Source: an uncultured Dorea sp. (GTDB lineage Bacteria > Bacillota > Clostridia > Lachnospirales > Lachnospiraceae). Taken from it: a DNA stretch of 64,000 nt. Made by a program: the position numbers and the translations under genes. This document shows positions 16,326-26,900 of this stretch, in pieces (positions within the stretch are counted from its first letter, which is position 1; each line of letters opens with the position of its first letter). The notes under the pieces are model-generated. The model searched no databases, had not been told where the DNA came from, and saw only the letters and a program-made list of their open reading frames with translations. The DNA is taken from NCBI GenBank assembly GCA_934294775.1, contig CAKRAH010000009.1, forward strand, positions 510-64,509, given 5' to 3'.

Positions 16326-17830
16326 TGAAGATAGAAAATTTAAAAAAAAGGATGAAACCACAGAATATACACCGGTCTTTAAAGACGCAGATGAGTATGG
16401 TATTTGTGGGACTTCTGATCTGTCTGGTAGCAGCATTCATGATCATCAATGGAAGATTTCTGGAGCCATATTATATCAGTAATAAGGAATCACGTTTTAT
16501 CGAACTCTATGAGAATCTGAACAATGTATCCAATGATGATGACTGGGATGCGAAAAAGAAGAATGATTCATTGCTTCATTTTGCAGAAAAGAATAATATA
16601 TCTTATCTGGTTATTGAAAAAGATAACGATGTCCATACCAATGTCCATGATAAGAATATGCTGAAAAATCAGTTGATGGGATATTTCCTGAATCAGGCGC
16701 AGAAAGAAAGCAGTGTGCTCAAATCAACGGATAATTACCAGATCACAAGATCCTGGGATCCGTGGAATCAGAACTACTATATCGAAATGTGGGGCAATCT
16801 TGATGACGGAAGCCAGTTTCTTTTAAGAAGTCCGGTAGAAAGTATAAAAGAAAGTGCGGCAATATCCAATCGTTTCTTATTATATATAGGAAGTATTCTG
16901 ATCGTTATTACGGTTCTTCTGATCTGGTATTTTTCAAAGCGGATCACAGAACCGTTAAGAGAACTTGCAAGATTATCTGACCGTATGGCGGATCTGGACT
17001 TCGAAGCCAAATATACCAGTGGAGGGAGTAATGAGATCGGAGAACTGGGAGCGAACTTTAACCGTATGTCTGAAAAACTGGAAAGCACGATCTCAGAATT
17101 GAAAAAAGCGAACAACAGCCTGCAAAAAGATATTGAACAAAAAGACAAACTTGAAAAGATGAGAAATGAGTTCCTTGGAAATGTATCGCATGAGTTAAAG
17201 ACCCCGATTGCACTGATCCAGGGATATGCAGAAGGGCTAAAAGAAGGGGTTAACGAAGATGCAGAGAGCAGGGATTTCTACTGTGATGTTATTATGGATG
17301 AAGCAGCCAAGATGAACCGAATGGTGAAAAATCTTCTTACATTAAACCAGCTGGAATTTGGTGATGAGGATATTGTATTTGACAGATTTAATCTGACAGC
17401 CCTGATCAGAGGGGTGTTACAGAGTATGGAGATTCTTGCTGATCAGGCGGATGCAACTGTGAATTTCCGTCAGACAGAAGATATCTACGTATGGGCAGAT
17501 GAATTTAAGGTAGAACAGGTAGTGAGAAATTACGTAAGTAATGCATTCCACCATGTAAGCGGAGACAAGGTAATAGAAGTTAAGATGATCGTAGAAGGTG
17601 ATAAGGTAAGAGTCACAGTATTCAATACTGGTACACCGATCCCGGAAGAAGATATTGGTCATATCTGGGATAAATTCTACAAAGTCGATAAGGCGCATAC
17701 AAGGGAATATGGAGGCAACGGAATCGGATTATCTATCGTAAAGGCAATCATGAAGTCCTTCCATCAGCAATACGGAGTAAAGAATTACGACAACGGTGTT
17801 GAATTCTGGTTCGAACTTGATGTAAAATAA
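16325..17830 (+). CDS. Sensor histidine kinase (two TM segments, extracytosolic loop, HAMP, HisKA, HATPase_c)
   Basis: 501 aa. H-box FLGNVSHELKTPIAL, N/G boxes (NAFHH..., GGNGIGLSIVKAI). TAATG start/stop overlap with the response regulator gene. Confidence 0.85.
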   Translation: MKIENLKKRMKPQNIHRSLKTQMSMVFVGLLICLVAAFMIINGRFLEPYYISNKESRFIELYENLNNVSNDDDWDAKKKNDSLLHFAEKNNISYLVIEKDNDVHTNVHDKNMLKNQLMGYFLNQAQKESSVLKSTDNYQITRSWDPWNQNYYIEMWGNLDDGSQFLLRSPVESIKESAAISNRFLLYIGSILIVITVLLIWYFSKRITEPLRELARLSDRMADLDFEAKYTSGGSNEIGELGANFNRMSEKLESTISELKKANNSLQKDIEQKDKLEKMRNEFLGNVSHELKTPIALIQGYAEGLKEGVNEDAESRDFYCDVIMDEAAKMNRMVKNLLTLNQLEFGDEDIVFDRFNLTALIRGVLQSMEILADQADATVNFRQTEDIYVWADEFKVEQVVRNYVSNAFHHVSGDKVIEVKMIVEGDKVRVTVFNTGTPIPEEDIGHIWDKFYKVDKAHTREYGGNGIGLSIVKAIMKSFHQQYGVKNYDNGVEFWFELDVK

Positions 17831-17879
17831 AAACTAACAGTTCACCCGTGAAAACACATAATGAAAGGCAGGACAAAAA

Positions 17880-18485
17880 ATGATCGCAATTATTGATTAC
17901 GACGCAGGAAACATAAAGAGTGTGGAAAAAGCCATGCAGCTTCTGGGACAGGAAGTAACGATTACAAGAGACAGAGACACCATTATGAATGCAGACAAAG
18001 TCATTCTCCCGGGAGTAGGCGCATTCGGAGATGCCATGGGCAAGTTAAGACAATATGGTCTGGATGAAGTGATCCGTGATGTGACAGCAAAAGGGACGCC
18101 GTTCCTTGGAATCTGCCTGGGATTACAGTTATTATTTGAAAGAAGTGATGAGACACCGGGCGTAGAAGGTCTTGGTATCTTAAAAGGTGAAATCTTACGA
18201 ATTCCGGATAAAGAAGGCCTTAAGATTCCGCATATGGGATGGAACTCTTTAAAATTCCAGAATAACGGACGTCTGTTCAAAGGCATTCCGGAAGATTCTT
18301 ACGTATATTTTGTGCATTCTTATTATCTCAAAGCAGAAGATGAAGGAATCGTAACAGCTACAACAGAATACAGTACCCATATCCATGCATCCGTAGAACA
18401 GGGCAATGTATTTGCCTGCCAGTTCCATCCGGAAAAGAGCAGTGATATCGGAATTCAGATTCTGAAAAACTTTGTGGAATTATAG
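17880..18485 (+). CDS. hisH: Imidazole glycerol phosphate synthase, glutamine amidotransferase subunit
   Basis: 201 aa with [36 protein letters not shown] and [10 protein letters not shown] (class I GATase triad). Confidence 0.88.
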   Translation: MIAIIDYDAGNIKSVEKAMQLLGQEVTITRDRDTIMNADKVILPGVGAFGDAMGKLRQYGLDEVIRDVTAKGTPFLGICLGLQLLFERSDETPGVEGLGILKGEILRIPDKEGLKIPHMGWNSLKFQNNGRLFKGIPEDSYVYFVHSYYLKAEDEGIVTATTEYSTHIHASVEQGNVFACQFHPEKSSDIGIQILKNFVEL

Positions 18486-18498
18486 GGAGGATGAACAG

Positions 18499-19260
18499 AT
18501 GCATACAAAGAGAATTATCCCATGTCTGGATGTTAACAACGGAAGAGTCGTAAAAGGTGTGAATTTTGTGTCACTGCGTGATGCAGGTGATCCGGTAGAG
18601 ATTGCAAAAGCTTACGATAAAGCAGGTGCCGATGAGTTGGTATTTCTGGATATTACAGCATCTTCAGATGCCAGAGGCACAGTTGTAGACATGGTACGTA
18701 AGGTATCAGAAAATGTATTTATTCCATTTACCGTCGGTGGAGGAATCCGTACGGTGGATGATTTTAAAGCATTGTTAAGAGAAGGGGCAGATAAAATATC
18801 CATCAATTCATCTGCGATTAATACACCGAATCTGATCTCAGAAGCTGCAGAGAAGTTCGGAAGCCAGTGCGTGGTTGTTGCGATTGATGCGAAGAAGCGT
18901 GCAGACGGAAGCGGATGGAACATTTATAAAAACGGCGGACGTATTGATGTAGGGATTGATGCGGTAGAATGGGCAGCAAAGGTTGAAAAACTGGGAGCAG
19001 GCGAGATCCTTCTTACCAGCATGGACTGTGACGGAACAAAGGCCGGATATGATCTGGAGCTTACAAAAGCAATCGCAGAAGAAGTGAATATTCCGGTGAT
19101 TGCATCCGGAGGAGCCGGTAATCTGGAGCATTTTTACGATGCACTGACAGAAGGAAAGGCAGATGCGGCGCTGGCAGCATCGTTATTCCATTATAAAGAA
19201 CTGGAAATTAAAGAAGTAAAAGAATATTTGAGGGAAAGAGGCGTATCTGTCCGTCTGTAA
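18499..19260 (+). CDS. hisF: Imidazole glycerol phosphate synthase, cyclase subunit
   Basis: [21 protein letters not shown]...DAGDPVE...[12 protein letters not shown]...GGGIR... is the canonical HisF (beta/alpha)8 sequence. I chose the start at the conserved [11 protein letters not shown], 27 nt inside the longest ORF. Confidence 0.88.
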   Translation: MHTKRIIPCLDVNNGRVVKGVNFVSLRDAGDPVEIAKAYDKAGADELVFLDITASSDARGTVVDMVRKVSENVFIPFTVGGGIRTVDDFKALLREGADKISINSSAINTPNLISEAAEKFGSQCVVVAIDAKKRADGSGWNIYKNGGRIDVGIDAVEWAAKVEKLGAGEILLTSMDCDGTKAGYDLELTKAIAEEVNIPVIASGGAGNLEHFYDALTEGKADAALAASLFHYKELEIKEVKEYLRERGVSVRL

Positions 19261-19303
19261 TATAAGAGCAGACAGCAAAAGCAGATACAAAGAAGATAAA
19301 GAA

Positions 19304-19972
19304 ATGGCAGCAATTAATAATGACTGGCTGGAAGCTCTAAAAGGAGAGTTTAAAAAGCCTTATTATAAAAAATTATTTGAAACGGTGAATGAAGAATACA
19401 GAACCAGACAGATATTTCCGCCGGCAGATGATATCTTTAATGCATTTCACCTGACACCTTTACATAATGTAAAAGCGGTTATTCTGGGACAGGATCCTTA
19501 TCATAATGTAGGACAGGCGCATGGTCTTTGCTTTTCTGTAAAGAAGGGGGTAGATATTCCACCGTCTCTTGTGAATATTTATAAAGAACTCCATGATGAT
19601 CTTGGATGTACGATCCCGAATCACGGATGCCTGACCAAATGGGCTGAGCAGGGTGTACTGATGCTGAATACAGTACTGACCGTAAGGGCGCATCAGGCGA
19701 ATTCCCACCGGGATATCGGATGGGAAGAATTTACCGATGCAGCGATCATGGCATTAAACAGCCAGGACAGACCGATCGTATTCATCTTATGGGGAGCACC
19801 GGCGCAGAAGAAAGCGAGAATGCTGAACAATCCGAAGCATCTGATCTTAAAGGCTCCGCATCCAAGTCCGCTTTCGGCATACAGAGGATTCTTTGGAAGT
19901 AAGCCATTTAGCCAGACGAATGATTATCTAAGGGCGCACGGGGTAGAACCGATCGACTGGCAGATAGATTAA
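19304..19972 (+). CDS. ung: Uracil-DNA glycosylase
   Basis: 222 aa with VKAVILGQDPYH, GVLMLNTVLTV and HPSPLSA motifs. Confidence 0.9.
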   Translation: MAAINNDWLEALKGEFKKPYYKKLFETVNEEYRTRQIFPPADDIFNAFHLTPLHNVKAVILGQDPYHNVGQAHGLCFSVKKGVDIPPSLVNIYKELHDDLGCTIPNHGCLTKWAEQGVLMLNTVLTVRAHQANSHRDIGWEEFTDAAIMALNSQDRPIVFILWGAPAQKKARMLNNPKHLILKAPHPSPLSAYRGFFGSKPFSQTNDYLRAHGVEPIDWQID

Positions 19973-20006
19973 AGAAAAGTAAAAATTGAGGGAGTATAGA
20001 AGATTT

Positions 20007-20528
20007 ATGAAACGAATAAAAGCACTGATTGCAGTAGTCGGAGCAGGAGTACTTCTGACTGCGTGTGGGAATCCATCTAAAAAAGGAGTGGAATACCTGC
20101 AGGAAGGGGAATATGATCAGGCAATCGAACAGTTTGAACAGGCAGTAGAAAAGAACAAAAATACAGGCGATGCCTACCGGGGAATCGGAATTGCCAAATG
20201 GGAACAAAAAGATTATAAGGGTGCAAGAAAAGCATTTTTAAAGGCACTGGATAATGATGCTGAGCAGACAGGAACGATCTACAATCTGATCGGAAGCTGC
20301 GATCTGAAACTTGAAAAAGGAAGCGAAGCACTGAATTACTTCAATCTGGGACTGGAGCAGGATGACATCAGTAAGAAGCTGAAAAAAGAGATGCAGTTCA
20401 ATGTGATCGTTGCTTATGAACAGATGGAAGACTGGGAAAGTGCAGAGGTAAAATTAGAAGATTACCTGGCAAGCTATCCGAATGATAAAGCCGCGAAGAA
20501 AGAAGCGGAATTTTTGAAAACCAGATAG
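20007..20528 (+). CDS. Tetratricopeptide-repeat lipoprotein
   Basis: Signal peptide MKRIKALIAVVGAGVLLTAC (lipobox) followed by TPR-like repeats (YDQAIEQFEQAV..., AYRGIGIAKWEQKDYKGARKAF...). Confidence 0.6.
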   Translation: MKRIKALIAVVGAGVLLTACGNPSKKGVEYLQEGEYDQAIEQFEQAVEKNKNTGDAYRGIGIAKWEQKDYKGARKAFLKALDNDAEQTGTIYNLIGSCDLKLEKGSEALNYFNLGLEQDDISKKLKKEMQFNVIVAYEQMEDWESAEVKLEDYLASYPNDKAAKKEAEFLKTR

Positions 20529-20548
20529 GGAGAATACAGAAAAAAAGT

Positions 20549-21817
20549 ATGATTGAAATTAAGAAAGAGACAGAACGGGTTATTCTCGTTGGCGTAAGTC
20601 TTTCCGAGACAGATGATACAAAAGAGTCACTGGAAGAATTAAAAGATCTGGTATCCACAGCAGGAGCCGAAACCGTGGGAATGGTGATACAGAACAGGGA
20701 ACAGCAGCATCCGGGAACGTACGTTGGAAAAGGAAAGTTAGATGAGATCAGAAGCCTGATCTGGGAACTGCGGGCGACCGGAATTGTCTGTGATGATGAA
20801 TTATCCCCGGCACAGATGAAGAACCTTCAGGATGAACTGGATATCAAGGTAATGGACCGTACACTGGTGATCCTGGATATCTTTGCTGCAAGGGCATCTA
20901 CAAGTGAAGGTAAGATCCAGGTAGAGCTTGCACAGTTAAAATACCAGCAGACACGCCTTACCGGATGGGGAAGAGCCATGTCAAGACTGGGAGGAGGAAT
21001 TGGTACCAGAGGACCAGGAGAGAAAAAGCTTGAGATGGACAGGCGCCTCATTAAGAGCAGGATTGCGCAGCTTAACCGGGAATTAAAAGACGTTAAGAAG
21101 CACAGAGAAGTCACCAGAGAACAAAGAAGCAGAAGCCACATGCCGGTGGCTGCAATTGTAGGGTATACGAATGCAGGAAAGTCTACACTTCTGAATACAT
21201 TGACAGGAGCAGGCATCCTGGCAGAGGATAAGCTCTTTGCAACGCTGGATCCGACGACGAGAGACTTAAAGCTCCCAAGCGGTCAGGAGATACTGATGAC
21301 AGACACGGTAGGATTCATCCGGAAGCTGCCGCATCACCTGATCGAGGCATTCCGAAGTACCTTAGAGGAAGCAAAATATGCAGATCTGATCATTCATGTG
21401 GTCGATGTATCCAATCTACAGATGGATGAGCAGATGTATACGGTATATGAGACACTTCAGAATCTGGGAGTCAAAGATAAGCCGGTAATCACGGTATTTA
21501 ACAAGATGGACCGTGCAGAGGAATCTTGGGTTCCAAGAGATATCCATGCAGATTATCATGCGAAGATCTCGGCAAGAACCGGAGAAGGAATCGAAGAATT
21601 CCTTCAGACGATCGAAGCAGTACTGCGGGAACAAAAAGTAGAGATTGAAGCCGTCTATCCATACAAAGAAGCCGGGAAGATCCAGCTTATCAGAAAGTAC
21701 GGGGAACTTCAGACGGAAGAATACAGAGAAGATGGAATCTTCGTACAGGCCTACGTGCCGGCAGAGCTTTACGGACAGGTACGTCCGGAAGGTGTAGATC
21801 CGAATAACTGCTTATAA
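20549..21817 (+). CDS. hflX: GTPase HflX
   Basis: 422 aa. HflX N-terminal domain (RVILVGV..., LSPAQMKNLQDEL) and G domain (GYTNAGKSTLLN, DTVGFI, NKMD). Confidence 0.9.
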   Translation: MIEIKKETERVILVGVSLSETDDTKESLEELKDLVSTAGAETVGMVIQNREQQHPGTYVGKGKLDEIRSLIWELRATGIVCDDELSPAQMKNLQDELDIKVMDRTLVILDIFAARASTSEGKIQVELAQLKYQQTRLTGWGRAMSRLGGGIGTRGPGEKKLEMDRRLIKSRIAQLNRELKDVKKHREVTREQRSRSHMPVAAIVGYTNAGKSTLLNTLTGAGILAEDKLFATLDPTTRDLKLPSGQEILMTDTVGFIRKLPHHLIEAFRSTLEEAKYADLIIHVVDVSNLQMDEQMYTVYETLQNLGVKDKPVITVFNKMDRAEESWVPRDIHADYHAKISARTGEGIEEFLQTIEAVLREQKVEIEAVYPYKEAGKIQLIRKYGELQTEEYREDGIFVQAYVPAELYGQVRPEGVDPNNCL

Positions 21818-22608
21818 GCTCTGGAAAATGTAGAATAATCTTTAAAACCACAATCGTAACAGGCCTGTGTGCGGGGCACACCGGCAGATAATAATTCTTT
21901 TGCAAGCAGGAGCCGCTTCTGGGAAATGTATTGTCCCAGTGTATAGCCGGTTTCCTGCTTGAATAGTCTCATCATATAATATTTACTGATATAGAACTGA
22001 CCGGCAATCTTATCGATGGCCAGGTCTTCACAGAGGTGTTCGCCGACATAGTCAAGGATGGCGAGCACCTTTTCGTTGCAATTATCGGTATCGATGAATT
22101 CGAGCCGGTTCTTTCTGGTCGCACGGTTTAAGTGGATCATGAATTCAAGAAATACAACCTGACGGTAAAGTTCAGAAGCATATCCACCGTCTGTAAAGGA
22201 GTGTTCTAACTGTGAGATGGACCGGAACAAAGAACTTTTTTCCGGGGACGGGATACGCAAAACATTCGAATGTTCCTTCTGGGCTTTCTGAAAGCAGTAG
22301 CTTAAGTCGTAAGTGTCTGTCTGATAAGCATTCATAAAATTTGGTGATATATATACGATGATACGTTCATAAGGATAGGTGTTATCAACCGTAAGCTTAT
22401 GGATATCCCCCTGCTTTACCAGTACGATATCATAAGGCTTCAGATCATAAGAACGTCCTTCGATCATGTAATTGACCTTTCCGCGTATGAAGATAGTGAT
22501 CTTGTCAAAATCATGATAATGGTATTCGACCTCGTTGGTTTCCTGGTCTGTCAGATGAAACAGCCGGAATTCGCTGTTTAAATATCCTTTTTTTGTATAT
22601 TGTTCCAT
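21769..22608 (-). CDS. AraC-family transcriptional regulator with N-terminal cupin-type sensor domain
   Basis: The C-terminal HTH_18 region is ...LAIDKIAGQFYISKYYMMRLFKQETGYTLGQYISQKRL...VPRTQACYDCGFKDYSTFSRAYKQLFG. The start is at MEQYTKK (22608) with AGGAGG 8 nt upstream. The 3' end overlaps hflX convergently. Confidence 0.8.
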   Translation of the reverse strand: MEQYTKKGYLNSEFRLFHLTDQETNEVEYHYHDFDKITIFIRGKVNYMIEGRSYDLKPYDIVLVKQGDIHKLTVDNTYPYERIIVYISPNFMNAYQTDTYDLSYCFQKAQKEHSNVLRIPSPEKSSLFRSISQLEHSFTDGGYASELYRQVVFLEFMIHLNRATRKNRLEFIDTDNCNEKVLAILDYVGEHLCEDLAIDKIAGQFYISKYYMMRLFKQETGYTLGQYISQKRLLLAKELLSAGVPRTQACYDCGFKDYSTFSRAYKQLFGSTPSGRTCP

Positions 22609-22725
22609 TGAAAAACCTCCTGTTGATCCATAAGCGTTATATGAAAACATCAGCTGCTTAAAGTAGATAAGAAATATTGGTGATGTCTGTTTGTATCAGA
22701 ATATGTTCTGGTTATTTTAAGAAAT

Positions 22726-22769
22726 CACCATGCGTTCGGAAAACATTGTCAGTGGCAGGTTATCTGTAT
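22726..22769 (+). repeat. Dispersed hairpin repeat, divergent copy
   Basis: caccatgcgttcggaaaacattgtcagtggcaggttatctgtat. Confidence 0.6.
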
Positions 22770-23023
22770 TAATTTTAAATGAAAAGAGCATTATTTGCAA
22801 TAAAACAAAGCATTATTTGTATAGAATATGGAAATAATGCCTGTTATGATAAGGATAGGTGAGAACACTTTTTGGTTGAAAAAGTATGGAAAATTCCGCA
22901 GGGATCTTTTGGATAAGGCAAAAATGAAGAACCAAAGATAAGAGGTACACGGAATGCCAAAAATCAGGACAAAGAAGTAAAAAGAAGAAATAAAAAGAGT
23001 ATATAAAATCAGGAGGAATAAAA

Positions 23024-23881
23024 ATGAAGGTAGTATTAGAGCGTTATCATGGATTGGGGAATGATTATCTGGTATTTGATCCAAATCATAATGAGTTAGC
23101 ATTAGACGCTGCCAATGTCAAGATGATTTGTGACCGTAATGAAGGACTCGGAGCTGACGGCGTTTTGGAAGGTCCGATTCTGAAAGAAGATGGAATGTAC
23201 GTAAAAGTATGGAATCCTGATGGAAGTGAATCAGAGACAAGTGGAAATGGTGTGCGTATCTTTGCGAAATATTTAAAAGATGCAGGATATGTACAGAAGA
23301 AAAACTTTAAATTATATACAGGAAACGGACCGGTAGAAGTGACATTTCTTAATGAGGATGGAAGCCGTCTTCGTGTATCTATGGGGAAACTTTCATTCTG
23401 GAGTGATGAGATTCCGGTTATCGGCGAAAGAAGAGAAGTGATCAATGAGGATATGGTATTTGGAAGAACGCTGTATCCGGTAACCTGTGTATCCATCGGT
23501 AATCCACACTGCGTCATTCCGATGCGCGAGATATCCAGACCACTGGTATGCAAGATTGGTGATTATTCTGAGATTGCAAGATATTTCCCGAACAGAATCA
23601 ATACACAGATTATGAAAGTAATCGATAAGGAAAATATTGCAATTGAGATTTTCGAGCGTGGTGCAGGATATACCAGAGCTTCCGGAACAGGAGCATGTGC
23701 AGCGGCAGGTGTTGCGTATAAGCTTGGACTTACGAACAGTAAGGTGATCGTGCATATGCCGGGAGGAGAGCTGCAGGTAGAAGTAGAAGATGATTGGAAC
23801 GTCTATATGACAGGAGATGTTTTCTATGTTGCAAAGATGACGTTAAGCAATGAATTTGCAGAAAGACTTCGAGCGTTATAA
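23024..23881 (+). CDS. dapF: Diaminopimelate epimerase
   Basis: 285 aa with YHGLGNDYLVFD, SGNGVRIFAKYL, SIGNPHCV and the second active-site region RASGTGACAAA. Confidence 0.88.
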   Translation: MKVVLERYHGLGNDYLVFDPNHNELALDAANVKMICDRNEGLGADGVLEGPILKEDGMYVKVWNPDGSESETSGNGVRIFAKYLKDAGYVQKKNFKLYTGNGPVEVTFLNEDGSRLRVSMGKLSFWSDEIPVIGERREVINEDMVFGRTLYPVTCVSIGNPHCVIPMREISRPLVCKIGDYSEIARYFPNRINTQIMKVIDKENIAIEIFERGAGYTRASGTGACAAAGVAYKLGLTNSKVIVHMPGGELQVEVEDDWNVYMTGDVFYVAKMTLSNEFAERLRAL

Positions 23882-23938
23882 GTCGTACTAGGCACAAACA
23901 TATATTCGTGTTATACTAGGGCATAAGGAGGAAACCTT

Positions 23939-26900
23939 ATGCCTTTAAAATTTGTATTCGGGCCGTCCGGCTCAGGAAAATCAACATATTTATATCAACA
24001 TATTATCGAAGAATCGCAAAAATATCCAGAGAGAAATTATATCGTATTAGTACCGGAACAATTTACCATGCAGACGCAGAAAGATCTGGTCATGATGCAT
24101 CCAAGACATGGGATTATGAATATCGATGTATTAAGCTTTGCAAGACTTGCATACCGTATATTCGAAGAGACGGGGGCGAAGAAGCTTCCGGTTCTGGATG
24201 ATGAGGGGAAAAACCTGATCCTTAGAAAGATCGCAGGGGATTACGAAGATAAACTGACGGTTCTGCGGGGAAATATCAGAAAACTTGGCTATATCAGCGA
24301 AGTAAAGTCGGTAATCTCGGAATTCACACAATACGATATCGGAGAACCTGAGATAGATAAGATGCTGGAAACAGTAGAAGCCGATTCCAGACTTTATTAT
24401 AAATTAAAAGATATTGAGATCCTGTATGAAGGATTTCAGAATTATCTGAAAGAACGTTATATTACAAAAGAAGAGCTTCTGGATGTTTTAAGCAGACAGG
24501 TGAAGGATTCGGACATTCTTAAAAACAGTACGGTTGTGTTAGATGGATTTACCGGATTTACGCCGGTGCAGAACAGGCTGATGGTGGAACTGATGCGAAG
24601 ATGCAGGAGTGTATGGGTGACGGTGACCATCGATGAACGGGAAAATCCATATGCATACAGACATCCGTATCAGTTATTTGGACTGAGTAAGCAGATGGTA
24701 ACAACGCTGATAAAGCTTGCGCAGGATAATAAGATCAAAGTGGAAGAACCGGTAACACTTTATGGATATCCGGTACACCGCTTTCAGGATAATAAAGAAC
24801 TGGCTTTTCTGGAAAGAAATATATTCCGGTACGGTGCAGGCGTGTATGGACAGAAAGTGGAAAATCTGGAAATACACGTAACGAGAAATCCAAGGCAGGA
24901 AGCAGAAGCTGTGGCAGAAGGAATCCGTGAACTGGTCAGAAAGGAAGGATACCGCTACCGGGAGGTAGGAGTCATTGTCAGTGATATGGAAGTATACGGG
25001 GATTATCTGGAACAGGCATTTCAGACATATGACATCCCTGTTTTTATGGATCATAAAAGAAGTATCCTTTTAAACTCCTTTGTGGAATATGTAAGAAGCC
25101 TTCTGAACATGGCGGAGAAAAACTTTTCCTATGAAAGTGTATTCCGCTTTTTGCGAACCAATCTTGCCGGGTTTACACCGCAGGAGACGGATGAGCTGGA
25201 AAATTACGTGATAGGACTGGGAATCAAAGGATATAAAGGATGGCAGAACCGGTGGATCAGACGTCTGAAAGGAATGGAAGAAGAGGAGCTTGACAGATTG
25301 AATCATTACCGGGTACAGCTTGTGGAAAAAGTAGATGGTCTGATGTTTGTTCTGAAACAGAAGCGCAAGACTGTCAGAGATATTACAATGGCTGTGTATG
25401 AATTCATGGTGCAGGAGAACATTCAGGCCAGGCTTCAGAAAACAGAAGAAGAATTCCAACAGGCACAGGAACTTGCGCTTGCCAAAGAATATTCTCAGAT
25501 TTACCGGATCATCATAGAGTTGTTTGATAAATTTGTTGAACTTCTTGGAGAAGAACAGGTGAGCCTGAATGAATATTGCAAATTACTGGATGCTGGGCTT
25601 GAAGAAGCCAGGGTTGGAGTCATACCGCCAAGTGTCGACCAGGTTGTGGTCGGAGATGTGCAAAGAACAAGATTAAAAGATATTAAAGCATTATTCTTTG
25701 TCGGGGCAAATGACAGCTTTCTTCCTGGAGCATTGATGAGAACAGGTCTGTTATCAGAAAGAGACCGGGAGAAGTTCAAAAAGGCGGATTATGCATTGTC
25801 TCCGGGTGGAAAGGAAAAGGCTTATGTCCAGAAGTTTTATCTGTATATGAACCTGACGAAGCCATCACAACAATTAAAAGTATATTATAGTAAGGTGTCA
25901 TCGGCTGGAAAATCACTTCGGCCATCGTATCTGATTCAGGAGCTTTTGCGCCTGTATCCAAAGCTTAAGGTGCAGGATGAAGAAGAAAAAGCACTGGTCC
26001 AGAAAGAATTTACGGAGAGGACAGGAATTGCGTATCTGATCCAGGGACTGCAGGATAAAAATCTGGATCTGGTGTGGCAGGAATTGTATACATGGTATCA
26101 GAAAGATCCGGTGTGGAAAAGAAAAGTAGACAAACTTTTGGAAGCGTGGTATTACAAGCGTCCGGAAGATCCGCTTGCAGATCTGGTGGCAAGAAAGTTA
26201 TACGGAGAGAACTTTGAGGGCAGTATTACCAGGATGGAGAGATATGCTTCTTGTGCATGTGCCCATTTCCTGGCATATGGATTGCAGTTAAGAGAAAGAC
26301 CGGTGTACGAATTCCAGGCTGTAGATCTTGGAAATGTATGCCATCTGGCTTTGGAAATATTTTCGAAAAAAGCGGCAGAAGCGGGCGGCTGGACGACGCT
26401 TAGCGAAGATCTTCAAAAGGAGCTGATCGATGAGTGTGTGGAAGAGGCGGTTACAGATTATGGTAATTCCGTATTATACAGCTCTGCAAGAAATGAACGG
26501 TTGATCGTGCGTATGAAGCAGATGCTGGAGCGGACGGTATGGGCACTTACCAGCCAGCTGCGCGCCGGTGATTTTGTTCCGGAAGCGTATGAGTTACGCT
26601 TCTTTGGAGGAAAAATCGACCGTGTGGATGTGTGTGAAACGGAAGACAAGGTATATGTCAAAGTACTGGATTATAAAACCGGAAGTAAGGCATTTGATGT
26701 CGTGGCATTGTATCATGGCCTGCAGCTGCAGTTGATGATTTATATGGATGCGGCTGTTTCGGTAGAAGAAAAAAGACATCCGGGAAAAGAAGTTATCCCG
26801 GCGGGAGTATTCTATTACCGTATTCAGGATCCGCTGGTAGATAAAACAGAGGATAAAGAAGAGGCAGACCGCGCGATCCTAAAACAGCTCAAACCAGATG

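Noticed and set aside
21769-21817. 49-nt convergent overlap of the hflX and AraC-family gene 3' ends as a possible antisense regulatory feature
   Set aside because: Short convergent overlaps are common. There is no supporting structure or conservation evidence here.
22791-23102. 103-aa minus-strand ORF in the AraC/dapF intergenic region
   Set aside because: It is an AT-rich low-complexity translation with no RBS. It runs into the dapF start and promoter region.
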